Positions 37,147-46,607 of a stretch of 64,000 bases of DNA are shown here, in pieces. The stretch covers positions 96,001 through 160,000 of the forward strand of contig JBIJDH010000005.1 in NCBI GenBank assembly GCA_044344255.1, in the 5' to 3' direction. Source of the stretch: Myxococcota bacterium. GTDB taxonomy: Bacteria; Myxococcota_A; UBA796; UBA2385. The translations under genes and the position numbers were made by a program. The notes beneath the pieces are model-generated. The model worked only from the letters and a program-made list of their open reading frames with translations. It had not been told where the DNA came from and ran no database searches. Numbering within the stretch: position 1 is the stretch's first letter; each line of letters begins with the position of its first letter.

Positions 37147-38727
37147 CTACCGCCCCGCGCCCTCGCGCCCGTCCACGCCCTCGCAGCCTCGGTCGAGGGT
37201 GACCCGATCGTAGGGGTCGCGAGCGAAGGTCCAGGGGGCGTAGGTCTCGATGACGGGGTCTCCTGCGACCACGAAGGCGTGCAGGTTCGCCGCGCCCTCC
37301 GCGCTGTGGATCCGCGGCCCCCAGCCCACGGCGGGCGCCTCGAGGGTCTCGATCCGCTGGAGGCAGCCACCCGCCGGCTCCTGAGGCCAGGAGACGGTCG
37401 AGCGGGCGAAGAGCACCCCCGGTGGGATGGGCGCGTCCTCCTCCAGGGCCGTCCAGCCGGCGGCCTCGAGCTCGGACTGCCAGCCCCAGTGCCCGGCGAA
37501 GAGGCCCCGGCCCTCGGAGGCCACCCGCCGCGCGAGCTCCTGCTGGGCCACGGCGAGCCGCTGGTCGTCGATGGCGAGCGCCAGCCCGAGCGCGGGTGTG
37601 ATCACCACGGCGAGGGCGAGCAGGCGGGGCGGCGTGGCGCGGAGGGGGATGAGGGCCGCGGGCGCAAAGAAGGGCAGCCAGTAGCGGGCCGCCATGAAGC
37701 GGAGCTCCAGGAAGAAGGCCAGGCCGAGGGCCAGCCAGAGCGCGAGGAAGCGCTGCTCGCGGCTCCGATCGGGCAGGCAGGCCCCGAGGGTGGCCCCGCC
37801 GGCCGCCGTGGCGAGCACGGTGGCGAGGCCGGCGGCGAGCCGGTGATCGACGCTCCAGGTCTCGAAGGAGAGGGCGGTCGCGCCGAGGCCGAGCAGGGCG
37901 CCGAGCAGTGCGCCGAGCCGTGCGCCGGCCCCCGCGCCCCTTCGGGTGAGGCCGAGCAGGGGCAGCACCCCGGCCCCGCCGAGCATGGCCAGGGCCGCCA
38001 CCCCCTTTCGGAAGACGTCGCGCTCGCCCCCGGAGACCCCTTGGAAGCCTGTCATGGCGAGGAGGTGGAGCTCTCCGTACGCGTGGAGGTCGTGGGCCAG
38101 CAGCAGCCCGAGGGGGGTGGCCGCGGCGAGGCCCAGCACCCCCGCCGCGCGGACATCGCGGTGGAGGGCGGCCCAGAGCACGACGAGGGGGAGGAGGGCG
38201 ACCCCGCTGTAGCGGAAGAGGGCGGCGGCGCCGAGCAGGAGCGCCCAGGGCCAGCGCTGGTGGAGGCGACCGCCGGCCCGGACGAGGCCCCCCATGCCGG
38301 CGAGGGTGCAGGCCAGCAGGGGCAGATCGGGCGTGAGGGACTGGGCGGCGAGCAGGGCGATGGGGCTCCCCACGAGGAGGAGGGCGGCGGCGTCTGGGCG
38401 GTCGGCGAAGCGGGCCCCGAGGGCGCGGGCCCCCCAGAGGGCGACCGGCAGCCAGAGCCCCATCCAGGCGTGAAGGAGGGGCACGGGCGCGTCCAGGGCG
38501 ACGAGCGGCGCGAGCCACCAGCCGACGCCGGGCGGGTTGCTGAGCACGTCAAAGGCCCGCTCGGTGTGCCCCTGCCAGTTGATGAGGGCGGCGTGCGGTC
38601 GCCAGGGGTCTTCCACCGCGCCGCGCGCGAGCACGAGGAAGTTCGTGTCGTCGATGTGGACCGGCTTCCCGAGGAAGGGGAGCCAGAGCCCAACGAAGAG
38701 CAGCAGCAGGAGCAGGGGGCGGCGCAC
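37147..38727 (-). CDS. GT39/PMT-like (GT-C) membrane glycosyltransferase
   Basis: First-loop HIDD acidic motif, NPPG, TPDLP, AARYWLP; polytopic. Confidence 0.75.
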   Translation of the reverse strand: MRRPLLLLLLFVGLWLPFLGKPVHIDDTNFLVLARGAVEDPWRPHAALINWQGHTERAFDVLSNPPGVGWWLAPLVALDAPVPLLHAWMGLWLPVALWGARALGARFADRPDAAALLLVGSPIALLAAQSLTPDLPLLACTLAGMGGLVRAGGRLHQRWPWALLLGAAALFRYSGVALLPLVVLWAALHRDVRAAGVLGLAAATPLGLLLAHDLHAYGELHLLAMTGFQGVSGGERDVFRKGVAALAMLGGAGVLPLLGLTRRGAGAGARLGALLGALLGLGATALSFETWSVDHRLAAGLATVLATAAGGATLGACLPDRSREQRFLALWLALGLAFFLELRFMAARYWLPFFAPAALIPLRATPPRLLALAVVITPALGLALAIDDQRLAVAQQELARRVASEGRGLFAGHWGWQSELEAAGWTALEEDAPIPPGVLFARSTVSWPQEPAGGCLQRIETLEAPAVGWGPRIHSAEGAANLHAFVVAGDPVIETYAPWTFARDPYDRVTLDRGCEGVDGREGAGR

Positions 38728-38768
38728 ACCCCAGCCTACTCCGGCGGCGCGGCGCGCCAGGGGCCTTC

Positions 38769-38826
38769 GTGAGGAGGTGTGGGGAGGTGTGGGGGGAGGT
38801 GTCGGGCGTGTGGGAAGTGTGAGGGA
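38769..38826 (+). repeat. Degenerate ~10-bp G-rich tandem repeat in a divergent intergenic region
   Basis: GTGAGGAGGT GTGGGGAGGT GTGGGGGGAGGT GTCGGGCGT GTGGGAAGT GTGAGGGA. Confidence 0.6.
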
Positions 38827-38900
38827 TGGCTGGGGGCCCCGGTTGGCCTATTCGGAGAGGGTCAGCCGACGCTGTCCTTGAACCCAGATTGGAGCCTCCG

Positions 38901-40499
38901 ATGCGCCTCGCCTCTTTCCCATTGTCCCTTGTCGCCGCCCTGTCCCTCTCCCTCTCCCTTGCCGCCTGCGGGGACAAAGAAGGCAGCTCCGGAAATTCGA
39001 CAGAGGAGGGCGACGCAGACACCGATGCCGACAGCGACGCCGATGCCGATGCCGATGCCGACAGCGACGCCGATGCGGACGCCGACAGCGACGCTGACGC
39101 CGACGCCGATCCCGTGGAGGTCGACGCCGACGGCGACGGTGTGTTGGAGGCCGACGATTGTAACGACGGTGACGCCACCATCCACCCGGGCGCGGCCGAG
39201 GTCTGGTGCGATGGCATCGACCAGGACTGCGACGACCAGGACGTCGGCGGCCACTGGCTGCTCGCCGATGGTGCAGATCCGGTGGACATGACCGCGACCC
39301 TCGAGGCCGCCACCGACGAGGCCCCCGCGAGCATCGAGCTCGTGGACGCGACCCTCCAGGTCTGCGGTGGGGAGTGGCCGGTCGCCATCACCGTCAGCGG
39401 CGAGGGCGCCATCGAGGGGGGTGACGGGGCCACCCTGCGTGTGCCCGCAGGCGCCTATGGGATCTGGGTCAATGGCAGCTCGGCGGCGACCCTCTCCGAC
39501 ATCCGGGTGACCGGCGGCTACGTCGCGGTGTATGGGGGCGCGGCCTCGGAGGTCACGCTCGAGCGGGTCGAGCTGGTGGACGGCTGGACGGGGATCAACC
39601 TCCCCGCCGATGGACACCTCGAGATGAACGACTCGGTGATCTCGGGTCAGGACGGCGCCGGCATGTGGACCGGGAACTCCGAGATCAACATTCACGGAGG
39701 CTCGATCACGGACAACTATTCGGGCAACAACGGTGCGATCACCCTGTTCGGAGGAACGCTCTCGGTGGACGGCACCACCTTCTCCGGCAACATCAGCGGC
39801 GGGAATGGGAGCGCGATCTACGTGTCGAGCGGCTCCGCCTCGATCGCGGGCTCGACGTTCACCAGCAACAGCGGGGCGATCGGCGGGGCCGCCTTCTTCT
39901 CCTTTCCGAGCGCGGTCTCTGTCGAGGACACCCGCTTTGTGTCGAACACCGCTTCGTCTACGGGCGGCGCGATCTACATCACCTCCGCGACCGAGACCGT
40001 TTCCTTCACCGACGTCACCTTCTCCAACAACATGGCGACGAGCTACGCGGGCGCCCTGGCGACGGACTACACCGACGTGACGATGAGCGGCGGCGCCTTT
40101 GAGGCGAACACCGCGGGCTACCAGGGCGGAGCGTGGTACATGAACGGTGACGGCTCTATCGCCGCCTCGGTCTCCGGCACCACCTTCTCGGACAATTGGT
40201 CGGTGAACTCCGGTGTGGTCGCGCTCACCGGCGGGAGCTGGACCCAGTCCGGCGGGACCTTCAGCCGCAACACCTCGACCGCCTGGGGCGGCCTCGTCAC
40301 CTTTGGCTGCTCGACGACCCTCTCCTTCAGCGCGGTCGCCCTCGGCTCGGGGGCCGACGCCAACTCCCCGGATGGAGTCTACGATGCGTCGGGTGACCTC
40401 TTTGACGGCGCCTCCCTCGACCTCTCCTGCACCAACGGCGAGTGTGACGGCGGCGCCTCGAACGCCTGCGACGGCGGGGTCTCGCACGCCGCGATCTGA
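38901..40499 (+). CDS. Lipoprotein with Asp-Ala linker, MopE-like motif and right-handed beta-helix (Pmp-like GGA/FxxN repeats)
   Basis: LAAC lipobox; DADADSDADAD run (39012-39110); DCNDGDATIHPGAAEVWCDGIDQDC; FxxNxxxxGGA repeats. Confidence 0.85.
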   Translation: MRLASFPLSLVAALSLSLSLAACGDKEGSSGNSTEEGDADTDADSDADADADADSDADADADSDADADADPVEVDADGDGVLEADDCNDGDATIHPGAAEVWCDGIDQDCDDQDVGGHWLLADGADPVDMTATLEAATDEAPASIELVDATLQVCGGEWPVAITVSGEGAIEGGDGATLRVPAGAYGIWVNGSSAATLSDIRVTGGYVAVYGGAASEVTLERVELVDGWTGINLPADGHLEMNDSVISGQDGAGMWTGNSEINIHGGSITDNYSGNNGAITLFGGTLSVDGTTFSGNISGGNGSAIYVSSGSASIAGSTFTSNSGAIGGAAFFSFPSAVSVEDTRFVSNTASSTGGAIYITSATETVSFTDVTFSNNMATSYAGALATDYTDVTMSGGAFEANTAGYQGGAWYMNGDGSIAASVSGTTFSDNWSVNSGVVALTGGSWTQSGGTFSRNTSTAWGGLVTFGCSTTLSFSAVALGSGADANSPDGVYDASGDLFDGASLDLSCTNGECDGGASNACDGGVSHAAI

Positions 40500-40511
40500 C
40501 CTGGACACCCC

Positions 40512-40544
40512 ATCAGATCGGCGGGCCCCTCGCGCCGATCTGAT
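40512..40544 (+). terminator. Perfect 12-bp stem-loop after the beta-helix gene
   Basis: ATCAGATCGGCG-(9 nt)-CGCCGATCTGAT. Confidence 0.55.
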
Positions 40545-40659
40545 TCATCTCTGGGCCCTGGCGTGAGAGAGAAGATCGGAGCGATGGGCATCGCCGAGTT
40601 GGCACGGTGGTTGCTCTCGTCTTGGCTTCGCCTCGTTCATCCCTCGCATCGGAGAAATA

Positions 40660-41403
40660 ATGACCCACGACGCCACCCAGGTCCTCGAGTCTGACATCGC
40701 CCACATCCGCCGGGGCGCCCGCGCGGACATGGGGCAGGGAGCGGTCACTCCCGGATATTCGGCCAATCGGGGAGAGGTGGTGCGCATCCTGAACGGCGCG
40801 CTGGCGACAGAGCTCGTCTGCATGATGCGGTATCGGCGACATCACTTCATGGCCCGCGGGCTCGCCGCGCGCTCGGCGGCCGAGGAGTTCCTGACCCACG
40901 CCGGTCAGGAGCTCGTCCACGTCGATCAGCTCGCCGCGCGGATCGTGCAGCTGAATGGGGAGCCGAACTTCAACCCGAGCGGCCTCGCGGAGCGTTCGAG
41001 CGCGGAGTAAGTCGAAGGGGTGACGCTCGTGGACATGATCCGCGAGAACCTCGTGGCGGAGCGCATCGCCATCGACTCCTACCGCGCGATGATCTCCTTC
41101 CTGTCCACGGATGACCCCACCACCCGCCGCCTGTTGGAGAGCATCCTGGCGGTGGAGGAGGAGCACGCCGACGACATGGCCGACCTCCTCCGCGACCACC
41201 AGCCGGCAGAGGTCGAGGCCGCCCCGCCGTTGGAGGCGACCTCGACCCTGGAGGCCACCCCGACGCTCTCGACGGCCACCGCTGAGGTGGCTGTGGCGGC
41301 GACCAACACCGCTCCCGTCACCTCGGACACGGACCGCCACCGGGACCTCGGCCTGGAGGACCCTGCGGCCTCGACCGCGCTACCCGGCGGTCGGGTGCGA
41401 TAG
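40660..41403 (+). pseudogene. Bacterioferritin/ferritin-like gene interrupted by in-frame TAA at 41008-41010
   Basis: GGAG RBS; GAVTPGY, LNGALATELVC..RYRRH, E..H, then RSSAE*VEG, continuing in frame with MIRENLVAERIAIDSY...DPTTRRLLESILAVEEEHADD. Confidence 0.8.
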
Positions 41404-41567
41404 GCGCGCGCGCCGCCTCCGCCGTCGACGCCACGGGCATGGACGCGCCCTCTGTCTTCGACCTGGTCTGAGCTGCGCGCCGAGTGCCTCGTCGCGGCGC
41501 CGACGGCGGAGTACCTGTCGAGGGTCGGCGCCTGCCCGACCCCACCGACCGCTCGGAGCCCCGCCCC

Positions 41568-42221
41568 ATGACCGCACCCCGTCAACAGCTCGTCGTCCGC
41601 TGCTACATGATGTCTATCGACGGGTTCGGCGCCGGCCTCAACCAGCGGCTCGAGAGGCCCTTCGGTGACCACACCGAGGGCTTGACCGACTGGGTGTTCG
41701 CCACGCGCAGCGGCCGAAAGATGATCGGCCTCGAGGGCGGCGAGGAGAACGCCGATGACGCTTACCTCGCGCACAGCTTCGACAACATCGGCGCGGTCAT
41801 CCTCGGCCGCAACATGTTCGGCACCTCGCGCGGCCCCTGGACCGACGATGGCTGGACTGGCTGGTGGGGCCCGAACCCGCCCTACCACGCGCCCACCTTC
41901 GTCCTCACCCACCATGCGCGCGCGGCCCTCCCGATGGAGGGGGGCACCACCTTCCACTTCGCCACCGACGGGATCGAGGACGCCCTCGAGCGCGCCTTCG
42001 CCGCCGCCAACGGCAAGGACGTGCGCCTTATGGGCGGCGCCGCGACGCTGCGCCAGTACCTCGCCGCCGGCCTCGTCGACGAGCTGCACCTCGCGGTCAC
42101 GCCGATGCTGATCGGTCAGGGCGAGCGGCCCTTCCCCGAGGCGTCGCCGCCCCCCCGCTACGTCTGCGTCGAGCGCACCGCCTCGGCCGCGGTGGTCCAC
42201 CTGCGCTTCGAGCGCCGCTGA
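41568..42221 (+). CDS. Dihydrofolate reductase/RibD C-terminal family protein
   Basis: MSIDGF, ILGRNMF, FVLTH, GGAATLRQYL, VDELHL. Confidence 0.9.
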   Translation: MTAPRQQLVVRCYMMSIDGFGAGLNQRLERPFGDHTEGLTDWVFATRSGRKMIGLEGGEENADDAYLAHSFDNIGAVILGRNMFGTSRGPWTDDGWTGWWGPNPPYHAPTFVLTHHARAALPMEGGTTFHFATDGIEDALERAFAAANGKDVRLMGGAATLRQYLAAGLVDELHLAVTPMLIGQGERPFPEASPPPRYVCVERTASAAVVHLRFERR

Positions 42222-42233
42222 TCGGCGGCGGAA

Positions 42234-42409
42234 CGATGGCCCCGAAGGGCGGTGCGATGGCCCCGAAGGGCAGTGCGATGGCCCCGAAGGGCAGTGCGAT
42301 GGCCCCGAAGGGCAGTGCGATGGCCCCGAAGGGCAGTGCGATGGCCCCGAAGGGCGATGCGATGGCCCCGAAGGGCGATGCGATGGCCCCGAAGGGCGAT
42401 GCGATGGCC
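42234..42409. repeat. 21-bp tandem repeat, 8 full copies plus a partial copy
   Basis: CGATGGCCCCGAAGGGC(GG/AG/GA)TG; variants ordered 1x GGTG, 4x AGTG, 3x GATG; lies between convergent genes. Confidence 0.95.
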
Positions 42410-42456
42410 TTCGTTCAGCCGAGCCACCGCGACCGGGCGGAGCGCCGACGTCGGGG

Positions 42457-43380
42457 TCAAGGCCCGATCGGCAGCAGGGACTGGAGCAGCGGCAACAGGA
42501 GCGCGGCGTCGGCGCGGATGTTGTCGGCCTGTCGGCGGAGCGTCTCGGCGGTCTGTCGGGCGGCGTCTGCCTGGTCGGCGGGGGAGAGGGCGATGAGGTC
42601 GCAGCGGGGCTGGACCTCTCCCCAGAACTGCCCATAGGCGCAGCGGCGGATGTGCCCCTGGGCGAGCTCGGACTGGACGGCCCGGTCGAGGGCGCCGAGG
42701 CGGGCGGCGGCGAAGGACTGGAGGCCCTGCGGGCTCGCGAGGGCGCGGCGGAGCTCCTCCCGGCCGCTGGGGGCGCCGGGCGCGGGGCCGAGCTCGACCT
42801 CGGAGGCGGCGATGGGCCAGCGGCTGCGGCGGCTGAGCGTGACGCGGTCGGTGATGCCCGCCGACGAGAGGCGCAGCAGCACGAGGTCGTAGTCGTCCTC
42901 GGCGGGGTCCTGTGCGAGGTCGAGCCGCAGGCGGACCGCCCAGTCACCCTCTTCGGGAAAGAGGCCGGCCTCGTAGGAGAGGGCGATCACCGGCCCGTCG
43001 TCGCCCTCGTCGGCGCCCCCGTGGAGGGACCCCTGCTCGACGGCGAGGCTGCGCCAGCCCACGCCGCGTCGCTCCTCTTGGCCCCAGCAGCCCGCCGCGG
43101 CGGAGAGGCCGAGGCACCAGGACTCGCGGGGCCCGCTGCCGGAGGTGGAGGGCCCCTCGTGCGCCCAGCCGACGCTGTTCGTGACGGCGGCCCCATGGAG
43201 GCGGTGCGCGAGGGCGTCGAGCTCGGCGCTGGCGAAGGGGAGGCCGGCGTTGGGGTCAGGGCCCGCGGCCCGGCGCGGGCAGGCCAGGAGGCCGAGCAGC
43301 AGCAGGCCGCCGAGGGGGGCGACCGTGGAGCGCGGCGCTCGCGGCGGCCTGGGGCTTGGAGGTGGAGGTGGACGGTGCAC
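42457..43380 (-). CDS. Hypothetical lipoprotein
   Basis: LLLLGLLAC lipobox; start uncertain. Confidence 0.6.
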   Translation of the reverse strand: MHRPPPPPSPRPPRAPRSTVAPLGGLLLLGLLACPRRAAGPDPNAGLPFASAELDALAHRLHGAAVTNSVGWAHEGPSTSGSGPRESWCLGLSAAAGCWGQEERRGVGWRSLAVEQGSLHGGADEGDDGPVIALSYEAGLFPEEGDWAVRLRLDLAQDPAEDDYDLVLLRLSSAGITDRVTLSRRSRWPIAASEVELGPAPGAPSGREELRRALASPQGLQSFAAARLGALDRAVQSELAQGHIRRCAYGQFWGEVQPRCDLIALSPADQADAARQTAETLRRQADNIRADAALLLPLLQSLLPIGP

Positions 43381-43421
43381 GGTTGGCCTGTGCTACGGTT
43401 CGGGCGGAGGTGGTCTTGGGC

Positions 43422-45401
43422 GTGAGAGCGGGCGTCGTCAACGATGGGTCGGGGCCCGAGGTCCCCGATCAGCTCGACATGATGCCCGAGGTGCGGCGCT
43501 TCGCCCACCTCGTCCTCGACCGGGAGCTGCGCCCGCCCATCGCGATCGGCCTGCTCGGCGAGTGGGGCTCGGGGCGGAGCTTCTTCCTCGAGCGACTCCG
43601 ACAGGAGGTGCGCCGGGTGGCGGCGCGGGAGGGGTCGGCCGAGCGGCACGTGCGAAACGTCTGTGACGTCTCCTTCAACGCCTGGCACTTCGTCGACACC
43701 AACCTCTGGGCCAGCCTCGCCGCGGAGATCTTCACGGGCCTCGACGTCTGGGTGCGCCGCTCGCACACGCTGCCGCTGCACCTCCGCCGCGAGCGGGCGG
43801 GAGAGGCGCTGATCGAGGCCAAGACCGCCGAGGAGGCGGCCGAGGAGGCCCTCCGGCTGGCGCGGCGCCGAGAGGAGGAGGTCCGCGCCGACGCGGTCGC
43901 CGCCCGTCGGCGCGAGGAGCAGCGCCTGCGCGAGGTGGGCTCCCTGTTTGATCCCGACGTGGCGCGGGCGGTGCTCGACACCGAGAGCGGTCGACAGACC
44001 CGCGATCGACTGAACAAGGCCCTCTCCGACATCGGGCTGGCCGAGATCCCCGACGAGCTGCTCGGACAGGTTGCTTTCGGCGAGGACATCCGGGTGCGCG
44101 CCCGCAGCGGAGCGGTGCTGCTCTCGGCGATGGGGCGGAGCCTCTTCGCCTGGGATCCGCTCAAGTGGGCGATGATCTGCATCCTCTTTGCGTTGTCTGT
44201 CGTCCCCGAGCACCCCTGGTTCAAGGGCTTCGATGCCCACGTCCCGCAGGTCTTTGTCGGAGTGGGGGCGATCCTCCGTCAGGTGCAGAGCGCCTTCTCG
44301 CGGGTGCGCACCGTGGTGGAGCAGGGCTTCTCCCTAGAGCGACAGGCCGTGGCGGCGCGGGACGGGGTGCTGCTCCGCCGAATGGAGGCCCGCGAGGTGG
44401 AGGCGGCCGCCGAGACGGCGCGCCTGCGGGCCGCCGAGGAGGCCCTCCAGGCGGCGCGGGCTCGTTCAAAGCAGGCGGAGGACACGCTCAGCGACCTCCA
44501 GCCCCGCCAGCTCCTCGCCACGCTGAGCGCCGCCGCCGCCGCGGAGGGGGGGAGATACCGACAGGAGGAGGGCATCATCGCGGCCATTCGGCGTGACCTG
44601 TCGAGCCTCGAGCAGATCTTACGAGAGGACCCTGAGAACCTCGACCGCGTCGTGCTCTACATCGATGATCTCGACCGCTGCCCGCCCGACAAGATCGTCG
44701 AGGTGCTCCAAGCGGTGCACCTCCTGCTCGCCTTCGAGCTCTTCGTGGTGGTGGTCGCGGCCGATCCGGCCACCCTCGAGCGGGCCCTCGTCCAGCACCA
44801 TCAGGGCGGCGGCGGCCTCGACGGTCGCACGGAGGCCATTCACTGGCTGGAGAAGGTCTTTCAGATCCCCTATCGGGTGGGGCGCCTCTCCCGGCGCGGC
44901 TTCGAGAACATCGTGGACTCCCTCAGCGCGCCGACGGTCCAGGCGGTCGAGGAGGCCAACACCATCGAGCTGCCCCCGCTCGATCCCGCCCTCCGCTTCA
45001 CCCTCTCGCCGGCGGAGCTCTCCTTCATCCGCGGCCTTCACGGCTTCGTGCGCACTCCTCGCTGCGCGCGGCGCCTGTTCAATACGTACTACCTGTTGCG
45101 GGCCGGGGTCCCCGAGGCCGAGCTCCCGGCCTTCGTGGCGGAGGAGCACCGAGTCACCTTGACCCTCCTCGCGCTCGCCGTGTCCTGGTCGACGGGCGGC
45201 GCCCGCCTCCTCCGGGCGGTGGCGGCGGGGCAGGAGCCCCTCGAGGTCCTGCGTGCCCCCGAGGCGCTGGCGGAGCCGGGCGGCGCCGAGCTGGCGGCCG
45301 TCTTCACGGCGCTGCGACCCGCCCTCTCACCCCCGGGGCCGGTGTGGCCCCGGATGGCGGAGCGGGTGGCCCGCTTCACCTTCTGGGGCCTCGAGGGCTG
45401 A
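43422..45401 (+). CDS. KAP-family P-loop NTPase with inserted TM helices and coiled coils
   Basis: IGLLGEWGSGRS (Walker A), FNAW, YIDDLDRC (Walker B), LEKVFQIPY, TPR; start uncertain (43356-43479). Confidence 0.85.
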   Translation: MRAGVVNDGSGPEVPDQLDMMPEVRRFAHLVLDRELRPPIAIGLLGEWGSGRSFFLERLRQEVRRVAAREGSAERHVRNVCDVSFNAWHFVDTNLWASLAAEIFTGLDVWVRRSHTLPLHLRRERAGEALIEAKTAEEAAEEALRLARRREEEVRADAVAARRREEQRLREVGSLFDPDVARAVLDTESGRQTRDRLNKALSDIGLAEIPDELLGQVAFGEDIRVRARSGAVLLSAMGRSLFAWDPLKWAMICILFALSVVPEHPWFKGFDAHVPQVFVGVGAILRQVQSAFSRVRTVVEQGFSLERQAVAARDGVLLRRMEAREVEAAAETARLRAAEEALQAARARSKQAEDTLSDLQPRQLLATLSAAAAAEGGRYRQEEGIIAAIRRDLSSLEQILREDPENLDRVVLYIDDLDRCPPDKIVEVLQAVHLLLAFELFVVVVAADPATLERALVQHHQGGGGLDGRTEAIHWLEKVFQIPYRVGRLSRRGFENIVDSLSAPTVQAVEEANTIELPPLDPALRFTLSPAELSFIRGLHGFVRTPRCARRLFNTYYLLRAGVPEAELPAFVAEEHRVTLTLLALAVSWSTGGARLLRAVAAGQEPLEVLRAPEALAEPGGAELAAVFTALRPALSPPGPVWPRMAERVARFTFWGLEG

Positions 45402-45417
45402 TCCGCTGAGCCCTCGG

Positions 45418-46011
45418 CTAAGACGCCGCGCCGTCGGCGTACGGAGGCGCTGGGTCGTATTGGATATATCGCTGAACCTCGCGGGCGAAGGGGGCGCCGT
45501 GGAGCTGGCCCACCAGCCACAGCGCCATGTCGATGCCGGCCGAGACCCCGGCCGCCGTGACGACGTTGCCGTCCACCACGTAGCGGGCGTCGGTGCGCAC
45601 GGTGACGGGGTGCTGCCGCAGCTCCTCCACACAGGACCAGTGGGTGGTGACCGCGCGACCCGTGGCCAGCCCGGCCGCCACGAGCACGAAAGCGCCAGTG
45701 CAGACGCTCGTGATCCAGGTGCAGCCCGGGGCCTGGGCGCGCAGGAGGTCGAGCATCGCGGGGTTGTGCATCTGACGGCGCCGCCCGTCGCCGCCGGGCA
45801 CGAGCAGCACGTCGAGGGCCGGCGCGTCGGCCCAGGCCATGGCGGGTACCACGACCATCCCCTTCGCGCAGCGCAGGGGGGCGGTGCCCTCGCCGAGGAT
45901 CAGCACGCGGTCTGTGCCGTTCATCTCGGCGGCGGCGGCGAAGACCTCATAGGGCCCGACGAAGTCGAGCTCCTCTGCGTCGGGGAAGACCAGCACACCA
46001 ATTGTGGCCAT
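45418..46011 (-). CDS. DJ-1/PfpI family protein
   Basis: EELDFVGPYEVF, VPGG, SVCTGA, TTHW, AGVSAGID. Confidence 0.9.
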   Translation of the reverse strand: MATIGVLVFPDAEELDFVGPYEVFAAAAEMNGTDRVLILGEGTAPLRCAKGMVVVPAMAWADAPALDVLLVPGGDGRRRQMHNPAMLDLLRAQAPGCTWITSVCTGAFVLVAAGLATGRAVTTHWSCVEELRQHPVTVRTDARYVVDGNVVTAAGVSAGIDMALWLVGQLHGAPFAREVQRYIQYDPAPPYADGAAS

Positions 46012-46151
46012 GAGGAGCGCTCCGGCGGGGGCGGGCCTGTCTATCCCGGCGCCTCGGCCCCGTCGTTGTTCCGGGGGTCTCGCCGCCTGGACCTCGCCGC
46101 CTGGACCGCCCCCCCGGAGGTCGATAGCGAGTCGGCCCCATCGGAGCCCCC

Positions 46152-46544
46152 ATGAAGCCGCGCCTGTCCGTCCTCCTGCCCCTCTCGCTCATCGCCCTCG
46201 CGGCGCTCGCCTGTGGAGGTGCCGAAGAAGCGGAGCCCCGCGCGGAGCAGGCCCCGGCCGCTGCCCAGGACGAGGGCGCGCTCCGCAGCGTCCTCGGCAG
46301 CACCGAGGGCACCTACGGCTGGGAGACCCAGGGCGGCACGCTCAGCTACGACTTCTTCGCCGACGGCCGCGTGCACATGCAGGGCCCGGACGGTGAGGCC
46401 ACCATGTGGACCGGCCAGTGGGCCCTCGCCGGTGACCAGCTCACCGTCACCGAGCCCAGCCACCCCACCGAGACCTTCTCCGTCGCCCGCGACGGCGACC
46501 GCCTCCTCCTCAACGGCACCCCCTGGACCCGCTACAAGCCCTGA
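46152..46544 (+). CDS. Small lipocalin-like lipoprotein
   Basis: LAALAC lipobox; GTY.W...FFADG...GQW beta pattern. Confidence 0.7.
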   Translation: MKPRLSVLLPLSLIALAALACGGAEEAEPRAEQAPAAAQDEGALRSVLGSTEGTYGWETQGGTLSYDFFADGRVHMQGPDGEATMWTGQWALAGDQLTVTEPSHPTETFSVARDGDRLLLNGTPWTRYKP

Positions 46545-46607
46545 GCGGCCCGACCCGGAGCGCGATCCGCGATAGACCGAGCTTCCACCCGCAGCCCAGG
46601 ACGCGCC

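Noticed and set aside
42234..42409. Possible CRISPR array
   Set aside because: The units are directly adjacent with only a 2-nt variable position; there are no unique spacers and no cas genes.
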